DNA from: Chlamydiota bacterium
Lineage (GTDB): Bacteria; Auribacterota; Tritonobacteria; UBA1439
Assembly: GCA_037133055.1 (NCBI GenBank)
Contig: JBAXOY010000031.1
Coordinates: 1-27,655 of the forward strand
Direction of reading: 5' to 3'
DNA: 27,655 nt
Shown here: piece after piece, positions 1-8,592 of the stretch
How the letters are laid out: each line of letters opens with the position of its first letter
Numbering within the stretch: the stretch's first letter is position 1
The notes under the pieces: model-generated
Databases searched by the model: none
Seen by the model: the letters and a program-made list of their open reading frames with translations, nothing else
Told to the model about the DNA's origin: nothing
Translations under genes and position numbers: made by a program

Positions 1-1176
1 CAGTGGTACGCGAGGAACCACACGCTTCCGTGCGTCGTCCCGGCCATGTTCATCGCGGGGGCGATCGCGACGTTCCTGTCGCAGGCCTCCGTCATGAAGC
101 ACCTCGGCCCGCGCTCGAACAAGGCCGTCGCCTACGGCGTCGCCTCCGTTTCGGGCTGTGTCCTCGCGGTCTGCTCGTGCAGCGTTCTTCCGATGTTCGC
201 CGGCATCTACACGATGGGCGCGGGGCTCGGCCCCGCGTGCGCCTTCCTCTACTCGGGCCCGGCGATCAACGTGATGGCGATATTCCTCACGGCGCGCGTG
301 CTGGGCTTCGACATCGGCCTCTGGCGCGCGGTCGGGTCGATCGCCTTCGCCGTCGTCATCGGCCTCCTCATGGCGGGCATATTCCGGAGGGGAGAGACGC
401 GCAGGATGGAGGGGTTCGCCCTCGACGAATCGCCCCCCGCGCGTCCGCTCTGGAAGACATCCCTCTTCTTCCTCTGCCTTGTGCTCTTCCTGGTATTCTC
501 CGACTGGTCCACCCCCGGCAATTTCACCCTCGTCATGAACGACGGCCGTGAGCTGAATGGGAACATGCGGTACGAAACGCGCGACATGGTGAACTTTCAG
601 GTGATCGAAAACGGCGAGGCGGGCGAACAGGTGGAGATCAAGCGGGGGGATATCCGCTCGATCTCTCAGGAGGAGAGTCTCACGGTGAAGATCCACCGCG
701 TCCGCTGGTGCCTTGCGGGCGCGATGGGGCTCGCCGTCGCCGTGATGTGCGCGCTCTGGTTCACGCGCGGGGAGTTCGGCGCGTGGATGTCCCAGACATG
801 GAGCTTCGCCAGGATGATAGTCCCGCTCCTTTTCGGAGGTGTTTTCGTCACGGGCTTTGTCTCCGCGCTCATCCCGGAGAAGGCGGTCGCCAGTCTCGTC
901 GGCGACAACGGGTTTGTATCCAACTTCGTCGCCTCGTTCGTCGGGGCGTGCTGGTATTTCGCGACACTCACGGAGATCCCGATCGTCCAGGCGCTCCAGA
1001 AACTGGGGATGGCGAAGGGGCCCTCGCTGGCCCTCCTTCTCGCGGGGCCGGCGCTCTCCATCCCGAGCATGCTCGTCATACGGAGCATCCTTGGGGTGAA
1101 GAAGACGGCGGTGTTCGTTTTTCTGGTGGTCATGATGTCGACGGTTGTCGGGATGATATTCGGCCGCCTCGGTTGA
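1..1176 (+). CDS. ArsP/DUF318-family permease (5'-truncated by window edge)
   Basis: Frame is open from position 1 (QWYARNHTLPCVVPAM...). Family motifs VCSCSVLPMF, AFLYSGPAIN, YFATLTEIPI and LLLAGPALSIPS. Multiple TM segments. Upstream of trx, ccdA and acr3. Confidence 0.85.
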   Translation, partial: QWYARNHTLPCVVPAMFIAGAIATFLSQASVMKHLGPRSNKAVAYGVASVSGCVLAVCSCSVLPMFAGIYTMGAGLGPACAFLYSGPAINVMAIFLTARVLGFDIGLWRAVGSIAFAVVIGLLMAGIFRRGETRRMEGFALDESPPARPLWKTSLFFLCLVLFLVFSDWSTPGNFTLVMNDGRELNGNMRYETRDMVNFQVIENGEAGEQVEIKRGDIRSISQEESLTVKIHRVRWCLAGAMGLAVAVMCALWFTRGEFGAWMSQTWSFARMIVPLLFGGVFVTGFVSALIPEKAVASLVGDNGFVSNFVASFVGACWYFATLTEIPIVQALQKLGMAKGPSLALLLAGPALSIPSMLVIRSILGVKKTAVFVFLVVMMSTVVGMIFGRLG

Positions 1177-1199
1177 CGCCGAGTCATGGAGGGTAAAAG

Positions 1200-1568
1200 A
1201 TGAGAGTCAATCGAACGCGTTGCGCCATCGCCGCGGTCGCCGTGTCTGTCCTTGTTTCGTGCGCGTGGGGGGAAGAGCCGGCACACAGGATCCCACGCCT
1301 GGTGGACCTCGGGCGGACGTTCTGCATCCCCTGCAAGAAGATGGCGCCGATCCTCGCCGGGCTCAAAGTGGAGTACGCGGGCCGGCTCGATGTCGAGTTC
1401 ATCGATGTCGGGGATAACCCGGACGCCGCCCGCAACTACGGCATCCGCCTGATCCCGACGCAGGTGTTCATCGACGCCTCGGGCAAGGAGCTCTCCCGGC
1501 ACGAGGGGTTCATGGCGAAGGAGGACATCCTCGCGCAGTGGAAAAAGCTCGGGGTTGAGCTGAAGTGA
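1200..1568 (+). CDS. Exported thioredoxin-family protein (CIPC active site)
   Basis: LVDLGRTFCIPCKKM CxxC motif and cis-Pro motif IPTQVF. N-terminal signal peptide (possible lipobox LVSC). GGAGG SD upstream. Confidence 0.9.
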   Translation: MRVNRTRCAIAAVAVSVLVSCAWGEEPAHRIPRLVDLGRTFCIPCKKMAPILAGLKVEYAGRLDVEFIDVGDNPDAARNYGIRLIPTQVFIDASGKELSRHEGFMAKEDILAQWKKLGVELK

Positions 1569-1587
1569 CCACTTCGGGGATGAAGAG

Positions 1588-2289
1588 ATGCTCGAAAGGA
1601 TATTCACCTCTCTGACGCACGCGGTCGGGGGGGCGCCGCCCGTCGCTCTGGCTGCCTCCTTCGCGTGGGGCGTGCTCTCGATTGTGCTCAGCCCCTGCCA
1701 TCTCGCGAGCATTCCGCTCATCGTTGGGTTCATCGACGATCTCGGAAGGATTTCGACGCGCCGGGCGTTTCAGGTCTCCGCCCTTTTCGCGGTGGGGATA
1801 CTGATCACGATAGGGCTCGTGGGGGCGGCCACCGCCGCGGCGGGGCGCATGATGGGCGACCTCGGCCGATGGGGCAACTACCTCGTGGCGGTGATTTTCT
1901 TCGCGGTCGGCCTGCACCTGCTGGGATGTATCCCTGCCCCCTGGACGGCGCCGACCGGGGTTGGTTCGAAGAGGAAGGGGCTCCTCGCCGCCTTCATCCT
2001 CGGCCTTGCCTTCGGGATCGCTTTGGGGCCGTGCACGTTCGCCTACATGGCCCCGATGCTGGGGGTGGCGTTCAGCCTCGCCGCGACGAGGCTCTGGTAC
2101 GGGATCGCGCTGCTCCTCGCCTACGGGGCGGGGCACTGCGCGGTGATCGTGCTCGCCGGGACGTACTCGGAGGCCGTCCAGCGGTACCTCGACTGGAACG
2201 AGCGATCCCGGGGCGCGGTCATTCTCAAGAAGGTCTGCGGGGCGCTTGTCATGCTGGGGGGGGGCTATCTCATCTGGATCGCGCGGTAG
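1588..2289 (+). CDS. ccdA: CcdA/DsbD transmembrane-domain disulfide reductant transporter
   Basis: LSPCHLASIP and GPCTF Cys-Pro motifs, about 6 TM helices, adjacent to the thioredoxin. Confidence 0.88.
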   Translation: MLERIFTSLTHAVGGAPPVALAASFAWGVLSIVLSPCHLASIPLIVGFIDDLGRISTRRAFQVSALFAVGILITIGLVGAATAAAGRMMGDLGRWGNYLVAVIFFAVGLHLLGCIPAPWTAPTGVGSKRKGLLAAFILGLAFGIALGPCTFAYMAPMLGVAFSLAATRLWYGIALLLAYGAGHCAVIVLAGTYSEAVQRYLDWNERSRGAVILKKVCGALVMLGGGYLIWIAR

Positions 2290-2306
2290 CGTGCAGGGGG
2301 GAGGAT

Positions 2307-3008
2307 ATGGGAGAGATCTACAAGGTCGAGCCGTCGCCGGAATATCCGCCGGAAGAAGGGTGCTACCTCCGCGGCAACGACTATTCCCCCGTCGCCGTCT
2401 GCGTCATCCTCAACCGCAGGAGGGAGGAGACGCCCCCCGACTATGAAATGCTGGTGCGGACGGCGGTGGAAACGGGGGCGGCGCTGGCGGGGACGCTTCA
2501 GACGGAGAACATCGGCCTCGAGAAGGTCGTCCTCAACATCACGGCGAATCCCAACATCCGCTACCTCGTCCAGCTCGGCCCCGAGTCGCCCGGGCACCTG
2601 ACGGGTGCCGCGGTCGCCGCGCTCGTGAAAAACGGCGTGGACGCTCGGAAAAGGATCATCGGGTCCGAATCGCCCACCCCCTATCTTTTCAACATCCCAA
2701 TGGAGCACATCGAGCGGTTTCGCGAGCAGGTGACGCTCGTGGATTTCCTGAACGAGGGATCCGTGGACCTCGTGCGGGGGGCGGTGCAGGCCTGCTACCA
2801 GGAGGAGCCGACGGAGTTCCGCGGGTACCGCCTCTACGATCCGGGCGCGATCAGGAAGCCCCCGCTCTCCGGGAAGATCACCTGGCGCGTCACGCACCCG
2901 GAAAAGGAGCCGAAGACCGAGGAGGAGCGCGCGCAGCACCAGAAGGGTAAGGCGATGGTCGAGTGGATGAGAAAGAAGATGGAGGAAAAAAAACGGCGCG
3001 GTAAATGA
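2307..3008 (+). CDS. MtrA-like (tetrahydromethanopterin S-methyltransferase subunit A family) corrinoid protein, soluble, no membrane anchor
   Basis: ATG at 2307 after GGAGG (the 1665 ORF start overlaps ccdA). Matches MtrA motifs: G.Y..G...[54 protein letters not shown]. Confidence 0.88.
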   Translation: MGEIYKVEPSPEYPPEEGCYLRGNDYSPVAVCVILNRRREETPPDYEMLVRTAVETGAALAGTLQTENIGLEKVVLNITANPNIRYLVQLGPESPGHLTGAAVAALVKNGVDARKRIIGSESPTPYLFNIPMEHIERFREQVTLVDFLNEGSVDLVRGAVQACYQEEPTEFRGYRLYDPGAIRKPPLSGKITWRVTHPEKEPKTEEERAQHQKGKAMVEWMRKKMEEKKRRGK

Positions 3009-3033
3009 GGTCGGAAACCGGGAGGGACAGGCG

Positions 3034-4224
3034 ATGAGCGCGTCGGCGAAACAGGCCGCACGGGGGCTTGGTTTTTTCGAGAGGTATCTCACGGTATGGG
3101 TGATCCTGTGCATCGTCGCGGGGATATTCCTGGGACGGATCGCGCCGGGGGTTGCGACGTTCCTGGACGGCCTCGCCATCTACGTGGGCGGCGCGCCGGC
3201 GGTGTCGATACCCATCGCCATCTGCCTCTTCTTCATGATGTACCCGATCATGGTAAAGATCGACTTCGCGGAGGTGATCAGCGCGGGGAAGACGCCGAAG
3301 CCGGTGGCCCTCACGCTGTTCGCGAACTGGGCCATCAAGCCGTTCACCATGTACGCGATCGGGGTCTTTTTCCTGGGCACCCTTTTCATCAGGTTCATCG
3401 GGGTTGACGCGGTGGATTACGTGAAGATGCCGCTCGGCCTCAACCTCGATCTCGGGGCGATGTACGGCGCGGGAAGGGTGGTCATGCACGGCGGGATGAA
3501 AATGCTCGAGGTGCCGCTCTGGCGGAGCTATCTCGCCGGCTGCATCCTCCTCGGCATCGCCCCCTGCACGGCGATGGTGCTTGTCTGGGGCTACCTCGCC
3601 AAGGGGAACGACGGGCACACGCTTGTCATGGTGGCGATCAACTCCCTCTCCATGCTCGTCCTGTACGGCCCCCTCGGGGGTTTCCTCCTCGGCGTCGGGC
3701 GCATCCCGGTCCCGTGGCAGGCGCTCGTCCTCTCGATCGCGATCTACGTGGCGCTCCCGCTCGTAGCCGGCTACTACTCGCGGAAATGGGTAATCCGCGC
3801 GAAGGGGGAGGCATGGTTCAGTGAGAAGTTCCTCCACATCCTCACCCCCATCACCGTCATCGCGCTTCTTCTCACCCTGGTCCTCCTCTTCTCGTTCAAG
3901 GGGGAGATCATCACCTCGAAGCCGCTCACCATCCTCTGGCTCGCCATCCCGCTCTTCCTCCAGACGATGCTGATCTTCTGGATCACCTACGGGCTCGCGA
4001 AGATCCTGAACCTCACCTACGAGGACGCGGCGCCGAGCGCCATGATCGGGGCCTCGAACCATTTCGAGGTCGCCATCGCCACCGCGACGCTCCTCTTCGG
4101 ACTCTCCTCGGGGGCGGCGCTCGCGACGGTGGTTGGGGTCCTCATCGAGGTGCCCACCATGCTATGGCTTGTGTGGATCTGCAAGAAGACGAAGGGGTGG
4201 TTCAGAAAAGAGCGGCGGGCATGA
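3034..4224 (+). CDS. acr3: Acr3-family arsenite efflux transporter
   Basis: [43 protein letters not shown] and VGVLIEVP are Acr3 signature motifs. GGAGG SD. Confidence 0.95.
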   Translation: MSASAKQAARGLGFFERYLTVWVILCIVAGIFLGRIAPGVATFLDGLAIYVGGAPAVSIPIAICLFFMMYPIMVKIDFAEVISAGKTPKPVALTLFANWAIKPFTMYAIGVFFLGTLFIRFIGVDAVDYVKMPLGLNLDLGAMYGAGRVVMHGGMKMLEVPLWRSYLAGCILLGIAPCTAMVLVWGYLAKGNDGHTLVMVAINSLSMLVLYGPLGGFLLGVGRIPVPWQALVLSIAIYVALPLVAGYYSRKWVIRAKGEAWFSEKFLHILTPITVIALLLTLVLLFSFKGEIITSKPLTILWLAIPLFLQTMLIFWITYGLAKILNLTYEDAAPSAMIGASNHFEVAIATATLLFGLSSGAALATVVGVLIEVPTMLWLVWICKKTKGWFRKERRA

Positions 4225-4291
4225 GCGAGTCCGATCTGTTCAACACCCCGGTCCTCCTTTTGCAGGAAAGCCTGTCGGACAGGTCCGTGGC

Positions 4292-4307
4292 GGGGGCTTC
4301 AGCCCCC
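4292..4307. terminator. Short GC hairpin between convergent genes (possible terminator)
   Basis: GGGGGC-TTCA-GCCCCC directly beside the stop codon of the - strand gene. No clear U-tract. Confidence 0.35.
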
Positions 4308-4308
4308 C

Positions 4309-5421
4309 TCACCGGACGAGCGCCATGAAGATCTCGAACAGGATGAGGATGACGATGGAGAGCTCGAGGATCGTGGAGCGTAGGTTGTAGACGCGCATGG
4401 TAAGGGTGTCGGACATCTCGCGGAGCGCCGAGAGTTTCCGGTCCAGTCCACGCTTCCACTCTGCGAGGTAGAGCCTCGCGCCGATCGCCCGGTGCACTCG
4501 CGCCGCGTAGAGGGTGTCGATCGCCTTCAGCGAGTTGTCGATCTGGTCGGTGAGCCAGATGACGTCCGTCATGAGCGTCATCGTGCGCTTCGACAGCCTG
4601 CCCACGCCCGCGCCGCCGAGTATCGGGTCCCGCGCCCCTTCGGCGTACACGTCGCGGGCGAGAGTGTCCAGCTCCCCGTCCAGCCAGCGGTCGTAGTAGC
4701 GCATGTCGAGGAGCTGCGTGTTGGCGAACTCGATGATGTGGATATGGTCCGTATACTCCTCCTTGTCGTAGAGGAACGCGCGGTCCCAGTCCACCACGAG
4801 CACGTCGTCGGGGTAGTAGGAAAAACCGTTCGAAAGGGCGTTCGCCGTCTCCTGGTCGCTCAGGCTGCGCTCCTCGGCCCTGAGGATCATGGCGATCTCT
4901 TTCCCGTGCCTATCGAGGAGCTGCTGGCCCGTGAACGGCTCCTCGATGCCCGTGACATGGAAGACCGCGTAATCCTCCATCAGGTCGCTCTCGATCGGGC
5001 GGTAGAGCGCGGGGGCGACGATCTCCTTTATCTTCCTGAGGTAGTGCGCCGAGAGCGGGAGGAACGGCTCGCCCTCGAACAGCTCCGCGGAGAGCGCGAC
5101 GAGTTCCCCGAAATCGCCGCTAAACGGGAGCTTGAAGCGCAGGCTCACCACGCCGAAATCGAAGACGCGCGCCTGGACAGGGACGGAAACGGTTTTCCCC
5201 TGGAGTCTGACCTTCTCCTCGCCGAGCCTGATGATGAGCGGGAGGCTCTCGAAGCGAAGGTAGTGGCTCTTCGATCGGCGCATCGAGATGACCCCCTCGG
5301 TCTCCTGGCTGCTGAGGAGCTTCTCGAGTGTGTCCACCTTCACCGCGTAGGCGAGCTCATAGCAGTAGAAGAGGTGTATGTTCCCCCTGATCGCGGGACC
5401 GCGGGTCTGTGTATTCATCAC
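4309..5421 (-). CDS. RMD1/DUF155-like protein with C-terminal TM helix
   Basis: 370-aa ORF with VFDFGVVSLRF, IEFANTQLLDMRYYD and a C-terminal LELSIVILILFEIFMAL typical of RMD1/DUF155-like proteins. Start is GTG 5421 or ATG 5418. Confidence 0.7.
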   Translation of the reverse strand: MMNTQTRGPAIRGNIHLFYCYELAYAVKVDTLEKLLSSQETEGVISMRRSKSHYLRFESLPLIIRLGEEKVRLQGKTVSVPVQARVFDFGVVSLRFKLPFSGDFGELVALSAELFEGEPFLPLSAHYLRKIKEIVAPALYRPIESDLMEDYAVFHVTGIEEPFTGQQLLDRHGKEIAMILRAEERSLSDQETANALSNGFSYYPDDVLVVDWDRAFLYDKEEYTDHIHIIEFANTQLLDMRYYDRWLDGELDTLARDVYAEGARDPILGGAGVGRLSKRTMTLMTDVIWLTDQIDNSLKAIDTLYAARVHRAIGARLYLAEWKRGLDRKLSALREMSDTLTMRVYNLRSTILELSIVILILFEIFMALVR

Positions 5422-5427
5422 TGCGGC

Positions 5428-5433
5428 ATTATA
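5428..5433 (-). promoter_or_regulatory. Sigma70 -10 box for the - strand gene (probably leaderless transcript)
   Basis: Perfect TATAAT on the - strand, 6 nt before GTG 5421. No SD and no good -35. Confidence 0.55.
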
Positions 5434-5571
5434 CTACATTCCCGGCCGCCCGTGGGCGTCATCAGCCGCCCTCCCGGCGCCTTCGACGATGCTCTCCAGC
5501 GAGGGGAGGGGCAGTGTAACTCCCTCCCATCAAAGAGATTGGAGTAGTAGTAATTATTCTCGATGGGGATA

Positions 5572-5600
5572 TTGTATCCTGTCAGGTCCTGTGCTATATT
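5572..5600 (+). promoter_or_regulatory. Sigma70 promoter for C1 peptidase 1
   Basis: TTGTAT(5572-77)-17 nt-TATATT(5595-600) with extended TGn. Confidence 0.6.
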
Positions 5601-5608
5601 TCATGCAG

Positions 5609-7063
5609 ATGAAAATGCCCCCGATGCCGCGCATCGTGAGGTCCCCATCCCTGGCGGCCCTGCTTCTCTTTGGGTGTGTGTGCGCCTCGCTTGCCGCTCC
5701 CCCTGGGACCCCGCTCGCCTTCGAGAGGAATGATTCGATCGAGGTGCTTCGCGCCAAGATCGCGCACAACGGCTGCTCGTTCAAGGTCGGCCACAATTGG
5801 GTGTATGATTTGCCCCCCGAGCATAGGGAAGCGATGCGCGGCCGCCGCGCGTCGTCTTTCGCGACGGCCATTTCCGACGAGATAGGCCCTCTCGAGAAAC
5901 ATCTCTCGAAGGCGCTCCCGGCGGCCTTCGACTGGAGGAACTTCAACGGCCATTTCTACATCGGCCCGGTCCGGAACCAGGGGTCGTGCGGCTCCTGTTA
6001 CGCCTTCGGGGCGGCGGCTGCTGCGGAGGGAACGTACAACTTCGCCCTCGGCCTCTACGACGGGGCCTGCGCGGATTTCTCCGAGGCGTTCATCGCCGGA
6101 TGCGTGGGGAGTCTGCCCGCGTATAACCCGCATTTCTACGGGTGCGATGGCGCCGACTACGACTACCAGGAACTCCAGGCGCTGACGGTCGAGGGGATCT
6201 GCTACGAATCCGCCTACCCGTATTCGTCGGCCGCCGCGCAGACCTGTCCCTCCACGACATGGTCAGCCCCGAGGGCTGTCTTTGCTTCCTGGTACAGGGT
6301 CCCGTGCGGCGATATCGAGGCGATTAAGACCGCGATCATGACGTACGGCGTGGTGGATGTGGCGGTCCAGACGACCAGCGCGTGGGATGCATACGCCGGC
6401 GGGATTTACAGTGACTCGAATACCGCGTGCACCGCGTCGCCCTGCTACAATGAAACAGCGGATCACGCGGTTTCGCTCGTGGGATGGGACGACACCCCGC
6501 CCGAGGGGGGCGGGGGATGCTGGACACTGAGAAATTCCTGGGGGCCGGACTGGGGCGAGGGCGGCTACATGAGGATACGCTACACCTCGGCGGCCGTCTC
6601 CTGCGCGGTCTGCTACCTCGTGTATGGCGGCGGGGCGGTGAGCACGCCGACTCCCACCACGACACCCGTCTCTCCTCCCGCTCCCACGCCCGTGCCGCCG
6701 CTTGCCCTGATCATGAACGCCAGTTCCGTCTCCGGGGGAAGCCCTCTCATCGTGGATGCGATGGTCCAGATGCTCTGGCAGACGGTCGACGTCTGGGGAG
6801 TCGTCTTCGGCCCCGGGGGGACCGTCTACTCGTTCGTCCCCGGCAATCCTGCCGCCCTCCGCCCCGGCGCCGCGCCCCTCGATACCGATGTCCCGGGATT
6901 CTGGGCCCCCGTCCGGTCCCGCCTTCTCGAAATGACGATTCCGCCCGGCGCGCAGGGCGACTATCGGATTGTCGCGGGTCTTGTGCCGGCGGGGATCGCG
7001 CCGACGGGGCCCGAGAGCGCGGTCCCCGGCTACGTGGACCAGAAGACGATCATCGTCCGCTGA
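5609..7063 (+). CDS. Secreted papain-like (C1) cysteine peptidase 1 with Pro/Thr linker and C-terminal domain
   Basis: QGSCGSCYAF (Gln/Cys), DHAVSLVGW (His), LRNSWG (Asn). Signal peptide ending ASLA. TPTPTTTP linker. Start uncertain among 5603, 5609, 5615 and 5624. Confidence 0.92.
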   Translation: MKMPPMPRIVRSPSLAALLLFGCVCASLAAPPGTPLAFERNDSIEVLRAKIAHNGCSFKVGHNWVYDLPPEHREAMRGRRASSFATAISDEIGPLEKHLSKALPAAFDWRNFNGHFYIGPVRNQGSCGSCYAFGAAAAAEGTYNFALGLYDGACADFSEAFIAGCVGSLPAYNPHFYGCDGADYDYQELQALTVEGICYESAYPYSSAAAQTCPSTTWSAPRAVFASWYRVPCGDIEAIKTAIMTYGVVDVAVQTTSAWDAYAGGIYSDSNTACTASPCYNETADHAVSLVGWDDTPPEGGGGCWTLRNSWGPDWGEGGYMRIRYTSAAVSCAVCYLVYGGGAVSTPTPTTTPVSPPAPTPVPPLALIMNASSVSGGSPLIVDAMVQMLWQTVDVWGVVFGPGGTVYSFVPGNPAALRPGAAPLDTDVPGFWAPVRSRLLEMTIPPGAQGDYRIVAGLVPAGIAPTGPESAVPGYVDQKTIIVR

Positions 7064-7097
7064 CGCGCCGCGGCGGACGAAAAAAAGGGAGAATCTC

Positions 7098-8456
7098 GTG
7101 AGTATCACGCGCAAGATTTTTCTGTTTCCCGCCGTGTTCCTTTTTCTGTTCGCTTTTCCCGCGATTTCGCGCGCGGGCGGGAGCGGCCGTTCCGCCGCGG
7201 CGGCGGACGCCGCGCTCGATGCGATGAGGGCGGATATCGCCCGCAATGGCTACTCGTACACGGTCGGGCACACGTGGGTGGGCGATCTGTCTCCCGAGCA
7301 GAGGGAGGCGATGCGCGGCCGCCGTCGCGGGCGGTTTGCGGCGCGGGCGTCAGACGACATCGGCCCACTCGTGAACCATCTCGGGAAGGCGCTCCCGGCG
7401 GCTTTCGACTGGAGGAGCTTCAACGGCCGCTCCTACATCGGCCCCATCCAGAATCAGGGGAATTGCGGCTCGTGCTACGCCTTCGGGGCTGCGGCCGCGG
7501 CGGAGGGGGCGTACAACTTTGCCCTCGGACTCTACGACGGGGCCTGCGCGGACTTTTCCGAGGCGTTCATCGCGTGGTGCCTCGGCAGTTTGCCGCAGTA
7601 CACCGGGTATTTCTACGGATGCGACGGCTCGGACGACTCCTACATGGAGCTCCAGGCGCTGGCGGAGGTGGGCATCTGCTACGAGTCGGTGTTCCCCTAC
7701 TCGGACGCCGACCCGCAGAGCTGCCCGCCGGCGGCGCAGACCGCCTCGAGGGTGAAGTTCGGGAGCTGGCACCCGATCCCCAGTCTTGACGTCGGGGCGA
7801 TAAAGACGGCGATTATGACGTACGGGGTGGTGGACACGGGGCTCCAGACCACACCCGGATTCGACAACTACATAGGCGGAGTATACGAGGATGCGAACAC
7901 CTCCTGCGGCGATGTAGACCACGCAGTCTCGCTGGTGGGATGGGACGACACCCCCCCCGAGGGGGGAGGGGGATGCTGGATACTGAGAAACTCTTACGGC
8001 ACGGAGAACTGGGGCGAGGGCGGCTACATGAGGATACGGTACATGTCCGCCCGCGTCGCGTGTGGCGCGGCATATTTCGTATATACCGGCGGCGGGCCCC
8101 CGCAGGGCCCCCCGGTCGCTCTGAGACCTGCCCGGACCAGCTTTTCCCGGACCGACCTGATCGACGTCTCTGCGGATGTCCAGGCGATCTCCACCCTGTT
8201 CTTCCCGTTCGTGAGGTTCGTTCTCCCCGACGGGCAGGTCCTCTACTACACCGCGGGACGCGGGCTTGCCCCGGAGCCGTCGTCATATCTCGATGGGGGC
8301 CCGTTTGTGCTCGCGTCACCCGTCAGCGGGTATCCCGTTCTCTCTCTCCCGTTCAGCGAGGTCGCGCCGGGGACGTACTACATCGAAGGCGGGGCGGTGG
8401 ACACCGGCCTCAACTACCTGGGCTCGGTGAGCCGGGAGGCCCTGACGGTGCAGTGA
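7098..8456 (+). CDS. Secreted papain-like (C1) cysteine peptidase 2
   Basis: GTG 7098 after AGGGAG. Signal peptide. QGNCGSCYAF, DHAVSLVGW, LRNSYG. Close paralogue of peptidase 1 over the catalytic domain. Confidence 0.92.
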   Translation: MSITRKIFLFPAVFLFLFAFPAISRAGGSGRSAAAADAALDAMRADIARNGYSYTVGHTWVGDLSPEQREAMRGRRRGRFAARASDDIGPLVNHLGKALPAAFDWRSFNGRSYIGPIQNQGNCGSCYAFGAAAAAEGAYNFALGLYDGACADFSEAFIAWCLGSLPQYTGYFYGCDGSDDSYMELQALAEVGICYESVFPYSDADPQSCPPAAQTASRVKFGSWHPIPSLDVGAIKTAIMTYGVVDTGLQTTPGFDNYIGGVYEDANTSCGDVDHAVSLVGWDDTPPEGGGGCWILRNSYGTENWGEGGYMRIRYMSARVACGAAYFVYTGGGPPQGPPVALRPARTSFSRTDLIDVSADVQAISTLFFPFVRFVLPDGQVLYYTAGRGLAPEPSSYLDGGPFVLASPVSGYPVLSLPFSEVAPGTYYIEGGAVDTGLNYLGSVSREALTVQ

Positions 8457-8522
8457 AACGGGCCTTCGATTGGGGTCCGCCGGTTCGTATCGGTTTCTGA
8501 TTTCCCGCGGGTGGTTCTGCCG

Positions 8523-8551
8523 TTGAACCGCGCGCGCTTTTGGGGTAACAT
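8523..8551 (+). promoter_or_regulatory. Sigma70 promoter for C1 peptidase 3
   Basis: TTGAAC-17 nt-TAACAT, followed by an AGGAGG SD and ATG 8593. Confidence 0.5.
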
Positions 8552-8592
8552 AGAGTGTGGCTTTGGGTTCCCACCACTACAGGAGGGGCGCG

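Noticed and set aside
1665..2306. 447-aa ORF suggesting a long N-terminal extension or fusion on the MtrA-like protein
   Set aside because: The upstream part is an Arg/Gly-rich off-frame read of ccdA. The real start is ATG 2307 with a GGAGG SD.
2307..3008. MtrA as evidence for methanogenesis or archaeal origin of the contig
   Set aside because: Surrounding genes (HU/IHF, bacterial aspS, amidase, nagZ, phoH) are bacterial, codon style matches the neighbours, and no other mtr or mcr genes are present.
5378..5602. N-terminal extension of peptidase 1 in the ORF track
   Set aside because: It overlaps the divergent gene and the promoter region. The signal peptide begins after 5603.
5909..8075. 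Duplicated DNA as a diversity-generating retroelement TR/VR pair or an assembly artefact
   Set aside because: Both copies are intact coding regions, many of the differences are synonymous and not adenine-specific, and no reverse transcriptase is in the window.
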